In this document: positions 37,570 to 50,530 of the stretch, piece by piece
Position numbering within the stretch: position 1 is the stretch's first letter
Layout of the letters: every line of letters begins with the position of its first letter
NCBI GenBank assembly: GCA_030704615.1
Contig: CM060732.1
Location: 47,120,001 to 47,184,000, forward strand
Direction of reading: 5' to 3'
Length of the DNA: 64,000 nt
Origin: Takakia lepidozioides
Lineage: Eukaryota > Plantae > Bryophyta
Program-made: the position numbers and the translations under genes
Notes under the pieces: generated by a model
The model's database searches: none
Seen by the model: the letters and a program-made list of their open reading frames with translations, nothing else
What the model was told of the DNA's origin: nothing

Positions 37570-40500
37570 ATGGCTGATTGTTATTTGTTCCCTGGAGAGG
37601 CTACTATTCCATTTGATCACTTGAAAAGGGATGGCGAACGAGTTCGCTTTTGGTACACTGAGCATGAGCATGCTACAATGATCGCGTACTGCCACACCAG
37701 GTGTAGAGAGGCCAAGGTGGAGGGAGCAAAGGGCCGGCCTAAGTTCAAATGTCCTTATTGTGGGGCAGTAAAGGTAGATAAGAGCAGATTGAATCGGCAT
37801 ATTGTCGATGGAACGGCCGCATGTATGGCCAGACCGAAAGGAACAAAACCGTTTCCTGATGCGGAGCTCAAGCATGCCATGGCTGTTGAAAATGTGATGA
37901 ATTCTGTTCCAGCTTCTTCTGTTGATGCATATCATGCATGGATTCTGCAAAATAGGGTGGCTTTGGGTGAGATTGCAGATCCTATTGAAGTGCCTGCTGT
38001 TGTACCTTCTTCGGCTATTTCTGCTACAGAGGTTCCATCTTCTAGTGCTCCTGCTGTTTCTGTCCCTGGTCCTTCTATTCGGCAGGTTTCTAACGAGAGA
38101 GACAAGCGGCGATTGAGCCCGCCTCTACCTGTCCCTATTGCAAAGAAAATCAACATTGGAAACCGGGGAAACCGGAGCTCAAGGTTCATCTTGCGAAAGA
38201 GAACTCCAGGCTCAATCCTTCTGCTACCGCATGGCCTTATTCCTCAGTTCCCATTTCCGAATGTCAATGAGAAGGGGTTTTGGCCGGCATTCCAAGAATT
38301 TGTTGCGCGAGGCGAGGGCGCAGTCCATGCGACAGCTGCAAAATCAAGTTGGGTTCTATCGACAGACAATCAAGTTGGATTCCCTGCCATTTCTCTGTTT
38401 TTCAAATTTTGGGCTGTTGTCTATCCATGTAACCCTTTGTGTTACCCCCCTGTCTCTCCTGTGGCGTGTAACCCAGAGTGTAACCCACCTACAGAGGACC
38501 CCTTTTAAAAACCCCTATGGTGTGTAACCCACCTCTGTGTAACCCCGTGTAGCCCATCTTGTTTGTAACCCATTTTCATGTGTAACCCCTCGTGCTGTAA
38601 CCTTTTTCTCTGGTGTAACCCCTCACGCTGTATTGCGCAGGGAGGTCGATATCATCTTAGAAGCGATGATATGGACAGTGTTGTTGCTGCCCACAAGGCA
38701 TTTACTGCCCAGCCGGATCATGGTCCGTTAATGATAGAGGAATTGAATCGGGTGAAGGAGTATTTAGAGAGCATTGGGCATCCTGACATGCCAAAGCAGA
38801 AAAAGAAAAAAGGTGGGAGACTTACACGAGTCCATCGAGAGAGCCAAGCCTCACATGATGATGACACGATGGACGAACTAGCTGTTGGCAATACCGACCT
38901 TGACGATGCCAGAACTTCAAATCCTCTTGTCATCACTATTACTGTAGATGGAATCAAAGGTTTGGTTGTTCCACATCCGTTGGAATTCACTCGTGGTTTT
39001 GCCGAAGGATTGATCAGTCAAATGGAGAATCTCACCAAACCGCACATTGGACCGCCACCACTCCTTTTGAGAATTCTAGCCCACAACGATGTAAGAAATC
39101 ATGGCAGGTCAGTTTCCCAAACGCATCCCAGGTTGGGGTTCACGACTGAACTTCTGGAAAGTGCTCTTACGGCCTCAAAGGTGAAGGACCTGGTCGATGA
39201 GTATTACGGCTTTAGTCTGATGTACTTTGCACAACCTGGTGACGGAATTGCGACCTTGGATTCTGAGCTCGAAGACTTAAGATCGAGTTTGAGTACAGAA
39301 GAGTGGGGTGACCGGTCAATTAAGATCAACGGAGCTATACAGTTTTGCAAGGCAAGCCGTCGTCGCGCCGCCCATCACTTTGCGATCCAACAGAGAGAAT
39401 CGTTTATCCAGCTTTGGTGTTGTGGCCTCTTCAGCGAATCACCAACAGAAATGGACTTCAATGCGCGTTTGGGCATCCAGTATATGAGAGACCTTGGGTC
39501 TGTAGTGCCTTGGTATCTCTGTAAGTGTTACTCCATCCACTGTCACCCCTCTCGTCGTGTAACCCCTTTGTGTGTAATCTTGTAATCATTGTAACCCTCG
39601 CTATGTGGAACCTTGTAACTCAGTGTAACCCTCGTTGTGTGGAACCTTGTACTCAGTGTAACCCTCGCTGTGTGTAAATCAGTGTAACCCTCGGAGTATG
39701 TAACCCTGTAATCAGTGTACCCCTAATGGTACCCCTCGCTGTGTTACCCTAGATTTGTTACCCTCTCGTTGTGTAATCTCAGTAGTGTAACCCATTGCAA
39801 ACTACTGTCTCTAACAGGGTGGTGTAACCCATATCGTGTAATCCGAACCACTGTCTTGTCCTAGTCAGTGTAACCCTTACATAGTGTAACCCTTGCACTT
39901 TCAAAAACCTCGTTCCACGACTAAAAACCTTTGTCTTTTCCCCGATGCAGATGAGTCCGAGCTCATGACCAATCAAGTCGCCAATGCGTTCAAAAACCTT
40001 TTTGAGGCTCAACGTGAGCTTCACGAAGTTGTGTATGGGGCCCCTCCACAATGCGATACAGGGGGCGTAGGGGGCGCGCAGACGAGCGATGGGCCAATTT
40101 CCGCCCCGCAGAGCGACGATGTACATGACGAGGACATCATTCCAAGTCAATCTGCCGTTGTATCTTTGTCGCAGGTTGGTGAATTGTACTCAACCCAGCT
40201 GCACTTAGGGGTGAACCTAGCAGACTTGACGCGGGATTTGCCCATGATTTCTGATACTGATACTGAAGATGATACATCAAGGTGGAACACCCAAGTGCGA
40301 ACCTCTTTGTCCGCAGCCCCAGTCATTTCTTTTGAAGGTCTTAATCGAAGAATCGGGGACCCGCTTGACCCAGAGTCTGTGTATGACTTTGAATCTGGAG
40401 ATGCTGGGTTGAACCCTCGATGCAGCAATGTAAGTATTTGTCAGGATCATGTGGTCAACCTCTCTCAGAATGACCCAGCCTTCGTGGGTCCCATTGATGC

Positions 40501-43180
40501 GCAGGGTGACTCTGCAAGGGGAGGATGCCCTGAAACCGAGGGTTACACTGCACCTGAGGGTGACACTGTGCAGAGAGGAGCAACATGGAAGGAGGGTTAC
40601 ACTGCACCTCAGGGTGACACTGTGCAGAGAGGAGCAACAGGGAAGGAGGGTTACACTGCACCTCAGGGTGACACTGTGCAGAGAGGAGCAACATGGAAGG
40701 AGGGTTACACTGCACCTCAGGGTGACACTGTGCAGAGAGGAGCAACAGGGAAGGAGGGTTACACTGCACCTCAGGGTGACACTGTGCAGAGAGGAGCAAC
40801 AGGGAAGGAGGGTTACACTGCACCTCAAGGTGACACTACGGATACCGGTGTGGCTGACAATGGTGAGGGACATTGTCGTGGGTGACACACCATTGCCCGT
40901 GAACACTGCAACTTCCGTTGAGAGTGACATTGACATGGGTTACACTGATAGGGGTGACACCCCACAGCCAACCCACATGGTAGATGTCAGTGAGTGTAAC
41001 ACTGTCATGGATGACATTCCACTACCACTAGTCGTGGAAGGTGACACTCCTTTGCCACGGCCACTAGTCGCGACGGATGACGGTCTTCTGCTAGTCAACA
41101 TGGTCTTGGAGGGTGCGGAGAAGGGCGACACAAACAAGGATGGCATTGAGGAGGTTGATGCAAAGAAGAGTGACATCGACATGGGTGACACGGGGAAGGG
41201 TGTCACCGAGGAGGTTGTCAGTTGGAAGGGTGACACAAAGCAGGGTCACACTGAGAAGCGTTTCACTGTGGAGAGTCACGAAGAGAAGGATGTTGCGGAG
41301 CATCTAGACACTGAGAAGAGTGACACTGCCAAGGGTGACACACATAAGATTGTTACTCAGCAGAGTGACACTGGGAAGGAACCCGATGAGAAGGGTGACA
41401 CTGCGAAGAGTGACACTGATAATGCGGCCAAAGAGAAGGGTGACACTGAGAAGGTAGCCGGAGAGAAGGGCGACACTGAGATGCGTGACTCTGAGGAGGT
41501 AGCTGAAGAGAAGGGTGACACTAAGAAGAGTGACACTGAGGAGGTAGCCGAAGAGAAGGGTGACATTGAGAAGGAAGCCGAAGAGAAGGGTGACACTGAG
41601 AATCGTGACACTGAGGAGGTAGCCGAAGAGAAGGGTGACACTAAGAAGCGTGACAAGGGGTTTGAACAGAAGGGTTACACTGACAGGGGTAGCACCGAGG
41701 AGGTGAGCTGTGACACTTCTGCCCTTGGTCAATCACCTCCCCAGCACGTCTCAGACGAGGGAGTGCAGTCTTCAGCACTTGCAGCAAACTCAGAAAAGGC
41801 ACCTCTGGCTCAGAAATTCCCCCTATCGGCGGCATTGTCAGGGTTGCAGAGAATCCCAGGAGGTCAAAACGGCCGCCTGCTCAAAGAAAGCGGTTGGCTG
41901 AACCCCCTAGCGCTGACAAAGAAGTATCTGTTCTTGTCGCACCCAAAAAACAGCGAACCAAACCGAAAGGCAAAAGTGCAGGGGTCTCGGAGGTTGACGT
42001 TGTCCAGCAGCAAGAGGTCCTTGCCAAGCACTTGCGGGAGCGTTCGAGGTACCTCATTGTACTTTGATCCTCTCTGATTTTGAATATTGATTATAACTCT
42101 TGTATGATGCATCGTAATGTTCGTAATGTGCGGTTTGTTGTGCAGACTAAAACAACGGTACTTGACAAAGTTCAGAATGGTGTCGGACCCTCCTGGGGCG
42201 CCCGAAGTGAAGTTTTATTATGGCGATGCCTTCCTGGCTTCTAGTCCGTTACAGTTTTACTTGGAAGAGACAGATTTTGAGCCGATGTATAAAATAAGAG
42301 CAACTGTCACAGATGCATTGCTCTCGGGTTACAACAAACTTCTGGAGGCCAAATTGTTTAAGGCTATCGCACCTGAGTTTGTCATCTGTGCTCCTTTTCA
42401 ATGGCATGTCATGCGTACCAATGGTAACGATCTGCAGACGCTATTCGGGTTGGTGCAAGAATGGTACACTCAGGATGCCCGAGGGATGGTGTTCACAAAG
42501 AATCGAGATCTTGTGGACGTGGTTGTCATCCCTATTGTCTTCGAGTAAGTAATTTCAGCATTGACTGAGCATGTTGGGTTACACTCCTCTATTCTAGACT
42601 GAGTTGCACTAGTGACTGCTGACTAGTTGTGTAACACCGTTTAGAGTTACAGTACAAAGGGTTACACTACTGGGTTACACCACAGCCGGTTACACCACAA
42701 TGGGTTTCATTGGAGATGTTTTTTTCTATTCTGACGTAACGGCTTTGTTTGTGTTGCAGTGATCACTGGAGTGTTGCTGTTTTAGAGCGCCGAGGTCGGA
42801 TAGTACATTTGGACTCCCATAAAACCATTGCCCGACCCAAACTCATTGAAGGAATTTTGCGAAATTTTGCCATAGCGTTCTTTGATTTCATGCCTGGATC
42901 TGATGACTTCAGTTACGTCATGGAGAGGATGGAATGGTTTGAGGCCAGTGTCCCCCAACAACGGAGCTGTTGGGAGTGCGGCTATTATGCACTTTGTTTT
43001 GTGCAATTTTACTTGGAGTGGAAGTTCAATGTGAAAACCACAGAAGATCGAACCCGTCATAGGCGGGCGTTTACTGCAAGTTGGTTCAACGAGTCAACCA
43101 TGATAGCTTCCCGTACTCATATGATTAGTTGGCTGTGTGACGAGATGGACAAAGACTTGGTCAGATGGCCAAAGAAATAA
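37570..43180 (+). CDS. Transposon cargo gene: N-terminal zinc-finger-like motif, acidic KGDT-repeat linker, C-terminal Ulp1/SENP-like (C48) cysteine protease; two apparent frameshifts
   Basis: Phase-compatible exons 37570-38373, 38641-39520, 39951-42048, 42146-42544 and 42760-43180. FKCPYCG..RLNRH motif. Protease catalytic residues in IPIVFDDHWSVAVL (H), HLDS (D) and QQRSCWECGYY (Q, C). Frame switches near 40865 and ~41780 cancel each other. Confidence 0.85.
40538..40836 (+). repeat. 54-bp in-frame tandem repeat (5.5 copies) encoding EGYTAPQGDTVQRGAT(G/W)K
   Basis: Unit gagggttacactgcacctcagggtgacactgtgcagagaggagcaacagggaag, containing two copies of the element's GGGT(T/G)ACAC motif. Confidence 0.95.
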
Positions 43181-44528
43181 ATAGCGTCTCTTGATGCATT
43201 TTTGCTTCTATGTGGTTTGTTCGTAACACTTCACAGTTTGGGTTTCATGCAATGGGCTTACATGGGGTTACACCTTATAAGGTTACATGAAGTGGAATCA
43301 TAGACAAGTACTTGGGTACACCTTTGGGCCCTGGGGCAATGGGCTTACACTCTGTGGGTTCACACATAAGTGATGGGTTACACCATGCCGGGTCTCACAA
43401 CGTGGGGTTACACTTATGGGTTACATACCTGGCTATGTCAGGGTCACGTTGCTGAAACAGTATACTTTCGTGGCATGTAACCCCACCTCGACTATGCGCA
43501 TTTGTTTTATTTTTTATTTTTTTCGCACTGAAGTGTTTGTGCACTGAAGTTCTCAGATTTATACTACATGGGGTTACATACATGAGGGCTATGTACAATG
43601 GGTTACATACGATGGGGTCACAATAGTGTGGGGTAACATCTGGTCGGGCTACATACTTCTTGGAGTTACAACACTCTGGGTTACACTCACTCAAGAGGGT
43701 TACACAGTTCTAAGTTACACTGTGCACAATGAAAGTGGGCAGGGTTGCCTATACAAGGGCTACGTGTCGTGGGGATACATAAGATGGGGTGATGTAGCAT
43801 CGGGGTTTATAGCGTGCACCCCAAATTGTACAATGGGTTACATGCGATGGGGTGACATCAATGGGGGTTACATGTGGTCGGGATACATACTTCTTGGGGT
43901 TACACAACAACAAGTTACACTCCGGAGGGCTACACTGGTCCATAACATAGGTTGAACGGAATGATTATCTATCTCATGGATTACACGTCCATGGGTTACA
44001 CACAAATTGGGTTACACATAGAGGGGTTACACATACAGGGGCTAGTGTTGGTGACTAAAGGTGCTCGACTTCAACATCTTCCCACTCTGTATTGAAGGGT
44101 CATGTAACCCCGGCAGACTAACCCAGACCCTGTAGTCACATTGTAGTCACATTGTTCTCAGAGTTACACCACTGACAGCAATATTCTATGGGGTTACATA
44201 CTAGGTTACACTGTTGATAGTTACATTGCAGTTACACTTGGAGTTACACCACAATGAGTTACACTGAAGAGGTTCACACTCATCTGTGTTACACTGTGTG
44301 GAGTACCACAGATGCAAGTTACACTAAGTAGAGCTATGTTACGTTATGAAACCCCAGACAGTGTAACCCTGCGGTGTGTCACCCCGGCCCATGGGTGTCC
44401 CATTGAGTGGGTTACATAGGTTGAATGTGGATGGAATGGCAAAGTGAATAACAACCCATGAACAGACATGTACTTCATATTAAACTTGGTGATCACAAAG
44501 TAAGTGTCATTGCCAATGGACTCAATGG

Positions 44529-47500
44529 TCACTTACTACGGAACCGGTCTACAAAATCTACTTTCCTGGCAAGGGACATGTTGTTTCCATCATCATTTTT
44601 TATGAATGGAACTGCTTGAAGAGGGTGCAACAGACCTTTGTCGATTCTAACTTGTAAAGTGGACAGCCTCCCACGAACACAACGAAGCTCGGCAAGCAAA
44701 TGTTTGCGCATTGTTTCACTCTCATTGCCAAGAAGCGACAGGGACTTCATCTCAGATTCAATTGATGAAACATCCGATGGCTCCTGCCGACCACGCCGGG
44801 ATGATGCTGAGCACTCCGTAGGCTCTGCTAGATTCACAACTTCCTCCTCTGCATCAATATCTGGAAGTTCCGATTTCATCAACATGTGAAGACCTCCATG
44901 AATGGTCCCGAGCTTTGTGCCACAGAGCTTCACAATAAGCCCTTCCTTCAGATTTGGCTTCATCAATTGAAGAACGCGGATTTGATGTTTGCACAAGTTA
45001 CCCTTCAAAGCCCATGGACAATCGCAACAAGCCCAGGTGGTCGCAGGTGCATAGATTGTGTAGCTTCGACCGGCCGTTTGAACACTATCCACAATCGCCG
45101 GATGACCAGGAACAGTGGGCAAATGAACATTGACATCAGGGATCTCCCTTGCAGTCCAAACAGCATTACTGATAAATTCCTCCTGTCGTACATTCCTTTT
45201 GAAGCCTTTCGATTTCAAGTTATCTCTATACCAATAGTGGGTTAGAACAGGACCCACGAGTTCGCTGATCAGCCAATCGATTCTCCTGCCATCAAGCCTT
45301 TGCTTTCCCGAGCGTAAACGAGCCTTCAAATTTCCGTGCCAAGATTCATTGCGGCATTAGTATCCTGACTTGCGTGGGGAATATAACGAGCCCCCGTGAT
45401 CCACATGCTCAGTTTTGGGACCCATTCCATTCTGATGTAACGTAGGAAGTCACGCGCAAGCGGATAGGAATAATTCAAATCTTCCAGTCGCTCCAGCGCC
45501 CACTCTTCTGGGGTGACTCCCACACAGGCGTTAATGCCGTACATTACGTCGCCAAGCTGTTTCAAAACAGCATTGCGAGTGTATGGATCGGGCATCTTAC
45601 GCCACGAATGTTTCAGCCAAGCGCGGCGAACATGCCAAAGGCATAGAAATATTGCTACGTCCCAAACGATTCCTGCACGCACACACATCAAATGCCACCC
45701 AATCCATCAGTGTAACTCTTGTCAGTGTAACTCTTATCAGAGGAACTCTTCGCAGTGTAACTCGTAGAAGTGTAACTCTTCAAAGTGTCACTCTTAGTAG
45801 TGTGACTCATGTAACCCCTCGTGCATCTGGTCATGTAACTATCAGTGAAAACTCACAGCAGTGTAACCCAACACATATAACCCCTCGCAGCGCTGTAACG
45901 CAATCCATGTTACACCGTGTAACTCTCAGAGCGACCCAAACCATACAACCCTCTGCGATGCTCCCAGTGTAACTCACATGCTATAGCAGTGCAACCTAAT
46001 CCATGTAGGACTGCGGATGACACGCCGTGTAACTCCCTGTGTAACTCGCAGTGTAACCCTCTGTCTACCTCATAGCAGTGTAACCCTCGGTCTAACTCAC
46101 AGTAGTATAACCCTCGGTCTAACTCACAGCAGTGTAACCCTCCGTCCAACTCAAGGCAGTATAACCATCTGTCTAACTGATAGTGTAACCCTCAGTGTAA
46201 TAGACAGCACTGCAACCCAATCCATGTAACCCCTCGAGCAACTGACAGTGTAACTCCAAGTGTTACAGGCAGCAATGCACCCCTCGTGTAACTGGCAGTT
46301 TAACTCTTACTGTGATTCTCAGTGTAACTAGCAGCAGTGTAGCCCGATCCATGAAACCCCTCGTGCATGCAACTTGTAGTGTGACTCAGAACATTGTAAC
46401 TTCTAGCCGTGTACCTGATAGCATTGATTTCTGCGTCTGCATCGTCGACAACAAAAGCATTTGGCCTCCAATCTGGTTTGCTCTGAAGAAGTCGGTCGCG
46501 AAGACGTTTCATCCAGGGGCTCAAGTCAGTCGTTTTGTTTCTCGCTGATATAATATAAGCAACAGGTATGCCGTTGAGCCATTCGTCGAACACCATCATG
46601 GTATACATTGGGAACTGCAATGTCGCAATGGTACAAAAATGAATAAGGTGAGCGTTAAAATATTGGCAACAGTTGCATGGCACTCACATTTCAGAATGCA
46701 ATGAAAGGTAAAGCGTGACACGAATACCTTATTTTCGTTGGTCCCAAATGTTGCATCGCAGGATACCACACGGTTGTGTCCCAAGTCGATCATTTTCTGT
46801 TTTTGCCACTCCGTTTGTATTCCAATTACGAACTTCAAATCACCCGCCACTGGCGCTGTCTCTTCATGGTAGAAGAAGACGCTTTCAGGATTGCTATTGA
46901 CCACATACGTACACTTTGTGCATCATCTGGATGTTTTTTGTAACTCTCAATCGCAAGCTTGTCGGCAATGTTTCTCACGTCGTACTCGAACAAGAAACAA
47001 TCGCGACTCCACTCCATGCCTGGCTGAGACGCACAAGCTTCCTGGAGTTGTTGAGTGTGTTGTGTCATAATCATAGCTGGAGATAGGCCACTGCGAAGAC
47101 TATCGACGATCCACTGTTTCATATCTTGGCTGAGACGAGGGGCATGCACGAATCGCGAGAAATGGGAAGAGGGGTCAGCTGAACCATGACATGGCTTTCC
47201 TTTTGCATCCACATGCTGTTTCTGGAAGTATGTGATGATTGCCAACTCTGAATCTAGAAAACACTGGCCAACTTTGAAGCTACACGTACACCCACGTTTG
47301 TATGACTCTCCGAAATCCGCTGCCTTACGTCTGATTCGCTTGACTGCTGTTTGATTATCGGAGGCTGCTATCGGTTTTTCTTTTTTCTTCACAATCGGCG
47401 GGTCCGTGCGCCTATCTATCGGGCGCGTAGCAGCAGTGGTACCTGCAAAAAAAGCATATAAAGCGAGGAGGGTTATCGCCATATACGACTTTGCTAGACT

Positions 47501-47935
47501 AGCAGAAAGAAGTGGGGCTGGGAATGTTATACAACCCTCATAAGTGACTTACTTATGCCACTGACGATAACTGTTTGCACGCGGGTGTTGTCAAATCTGG
47601 CAACTCACGGTACCTTCGATCTTGAACATAAAATTGGGTCTTCCCATCCACTCTACTCCTTTCTCCCTCCAGAAAGTCAGGAATGCGAGACCATGGAACG
47701 ACAGCTACTTCGATGGATATCCGTTTCCCTTTCCCTGGGAAACGGGAAACCTGCGTATCCAACGGAGGTTTGTGTGATTGAAAAGCCCGTCTATGGGCAG
47801 CTGTAGGATGCATTTCAAATGAGATACCAAATGCTGCAAATGACAGAGTTCTCCCGCCTCATCTTTCAAACCATTTGATTCCAATGCTGCTTTGCGTTCC
47901 TCGTCTAGCACTTCGCGGCAGGCAGCACATGCCAT
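44529..47935 (-). CDS. MULE (Mutator) DDE transposase with SWIM zinc finger, 4 exons, several 1-nt frameshifts
   Basis: Exons approx. 47935-47554, 47441-46728, 46614-46415 and 45672-44529. Motifs KRGCTCSF..HVDAKGKPCHG, CDATFGTN (D1), FVVDDADAEINAI (D2), FLCLWHVRRAW (CxxH), DTNAA(I)ESWH (E, across a frameshift) and SWIM CDCPWALKGNLCKH. Confidence 0.93.
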
Positions 47936-48469
47936 AGCCAAGCGCAACAATACCACCAGTACAAGTACAAATCGCATAACACGCGGGCAACGCGCGGAGC
48001 CCTCGGGACTGCACGTCGTCTACGCACCTGGTGTGGAAAATGACGAGCGATGATGGAGTTACACGTGGGTTTTGATGTCACCGAATCGTGTAACCCAGGT
48101 TTGAATTCAAAATATCTGACACCTCTTGGAGCCCGCCAATTTTTGCCGGGCACTAAGGGGCTACACGAACAGGGGTGACATGCGTTGGGATAAAGGATCC
48201 GGGGTGACACGAGCTATGAGTGACACAATCGGGGGTTACACGGGGGGGGATTGATAACAGTATTGGGGTACATGGTGGGGTTACAATGTGAGAGTTGCAC
48301 AATGGGGTTACACGAGGCGGGGCTAAGCGCTGCGTGCAGAGGGTTACAAGGGGATATGGGGTACCGGAGGACTGGCAGGTCCACGGAGAGGGGGTATATG
48401 GGATAACATGATACAAGCTTACATTGGGGTTACACGATGCAGGAAACATGGAGTGAGGTTACACCTACG

Positions 48470-50530
48470 CGGGAAGCGAGTAGTGAGGTAACAGAGGGTT
48501 ACATGGGTGTTACAAAGGGTTACCAGGAGGGAATGGAGGGTTACATGGGTTACAGGAGGGTGACCTGGGTTACATGGGGAGGGTACATGGAGTGAGGGTT
48601 ACACCAAGGGTTACATGGAGTGAGGTTACACAGGGGTGAGGGTGACACTCTACGGTGTTACAGAGGGTTACTGAGGGTTACATGGTGGTGAAGGTTACCC
48701 TGGTGAGGGTTATAGAGGGTCACAAGGGTTACATGGGTTATAGAGGGTCAGAGAGGGTTACATGGAGTGAGGGTTACATGGGTTTACATGGGTTACACAG
48801 GGTCACAGAGGGTTACACGGTTACGCAGGGTCACAGAGGATTACATGGGTTACAAGGAGTGAGGGATGCATAGGGATGGGGGTGACACTCTGCGGTGTTA
48901 CAGAGGGTTACATGGTGGTAAGGGTTACACCTAGTGAGGGATATAGAGGGTCACAGAGGGTTACATGGGTTACAGAGAGTTACAGAGGGTCAGAGAGGGT
49001 TACATGGAGTGAGGATTACATAGGGGTGAGGGTGACACTCTGCGGTGTTACAGAGGGTTACATGGTGGTGAGGGTTACAAAGGGTCACAGAGGGTTACAT
49101 GGGTTACAGAGGGTTACATGGAGTGAGGGTTACATAAGGGGTGAGGGTGACACTCTACGGTGTTACAGAGATTACATGGGTTACAGAGCCACGGAGGGTC
49201 ACAGAGGGTTACATGGAGGGAGTGAGGTTACATGGGGATGAGGGTGACACTCTGCGGTGTCACAGAGGGTTGTGAGGGTTACGGAGGGTTACATGGTGGC
49301 GAGGGTGACACTCTGCGGTGTTACAGAGGGTTACATGGTGGTAAGGGTTACACCTGGTGAGGGATATAGAGGGTCACAGAGGGTTACATGGGTTACAGAG
49401 GGTCAGAGGGTTACATGGAATGAGGGTTACATAGGGGTGAGGGTGACACTCTGCGGTGTTATAGGGTTACATGGTGGTGAGGGTTACAAAGGGTCACAGA
49501 GGGTTACATGGGTTACAGAGGGTTACATGGAGTGAGGTTACATAGGGGTGAGGGCGACACTCTGCGGTGGTCACAAAGGGTTTGTGAGGGTTACGGAGGG
49601 TTACATGGTGGCGAGGGTGACACTCTGCGGTGTTACAGAGGGTTACATGGTGGTAAGGGTTACACCTGGTGAGGGATATAGAGGGTCACATGGTTACAGA
49701 GGGTTACATGGTGGTGAGGGTTACAGAGGGTCAGAGAGGGTTACATGGAGTGAGGGTTACATACGGGTGAGGGTGACACTCTGCGGTGTTACAGAGGGTT
49801 ACATGGTGGTGAGGGTTACAAAGGGTCACAGAGGGTTACATGGTTACAGAGAGGGGTTACATAAGGGTGAGGACGACACTCTACGGTGTTACAGAGGGTT
49901 ACTAGGGTTACAGAGCCACAAGGGTTTGTGAGGGTTACATGGATGAGGGTTACATGGTGGGTGAGGGTGACACTCTGCGGTGTTACAGAGGGTTACATGG
50001 AGTAAGGGTTACACTGGTGAGGATATAGAGTCACAGAGGGTTACATGGAGTGAGGGTTACAGAGGGTCACAGAGGGTTACATGGAATGAGGGTTACATAC
50101 GGTGAGGGTGACACTCTGCGGTGTTACAGAGGGTTACATGGTGTTGAGGGTTACAAAGGGTCACAGAGGGTTACAGGGTTACAGAGGGTTACATGGAGTT
50201 AGGGTTACATAAGGGGTGAGGCGACACTCTGCGGTGTTACAGAGGGTTACAGGGTTACATGGTTGCAAAGTGTTACAGAGGGTTCATGTAGTGAGGGTTA
50301 CATAGGGGTGGGGTGACACTCTGCGGTGTTAAAGGGTTACATGGTTACAGAGGTTACATGTAGTGAGGGTTACATAGGGGTGGGGGTGACCCTCTGCGGT
50401 GTTATAGAGGGTTACAGGGTTACAGAGGTTCATGGGGTTTATATTGGTTACAAAGGGTTACATGGTAATGTGGGTTACACTCGCGGAGTTACATGGGGGT
50501 GATGGTTGAACCCGGGGCGGGGGTTACAGG
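48470..50530 (-). repeat. Right subterminal array, ~2 kb of GGGTTACA-based repeats, inverted relative to the left array
   Basis: Reverse complement of the left-array modules. The outer part is colinear with 31398-32900. Confidence 0.97.

Noticed and set aside
40449-40860. N-terminal RVTLHLRVTLCREEQ part of the 542-aa ORF
   Set aside because: It is an alternative frame of the 54-bp repeat. The frame continuous with the upstream exon is EGYTAPQGDT.
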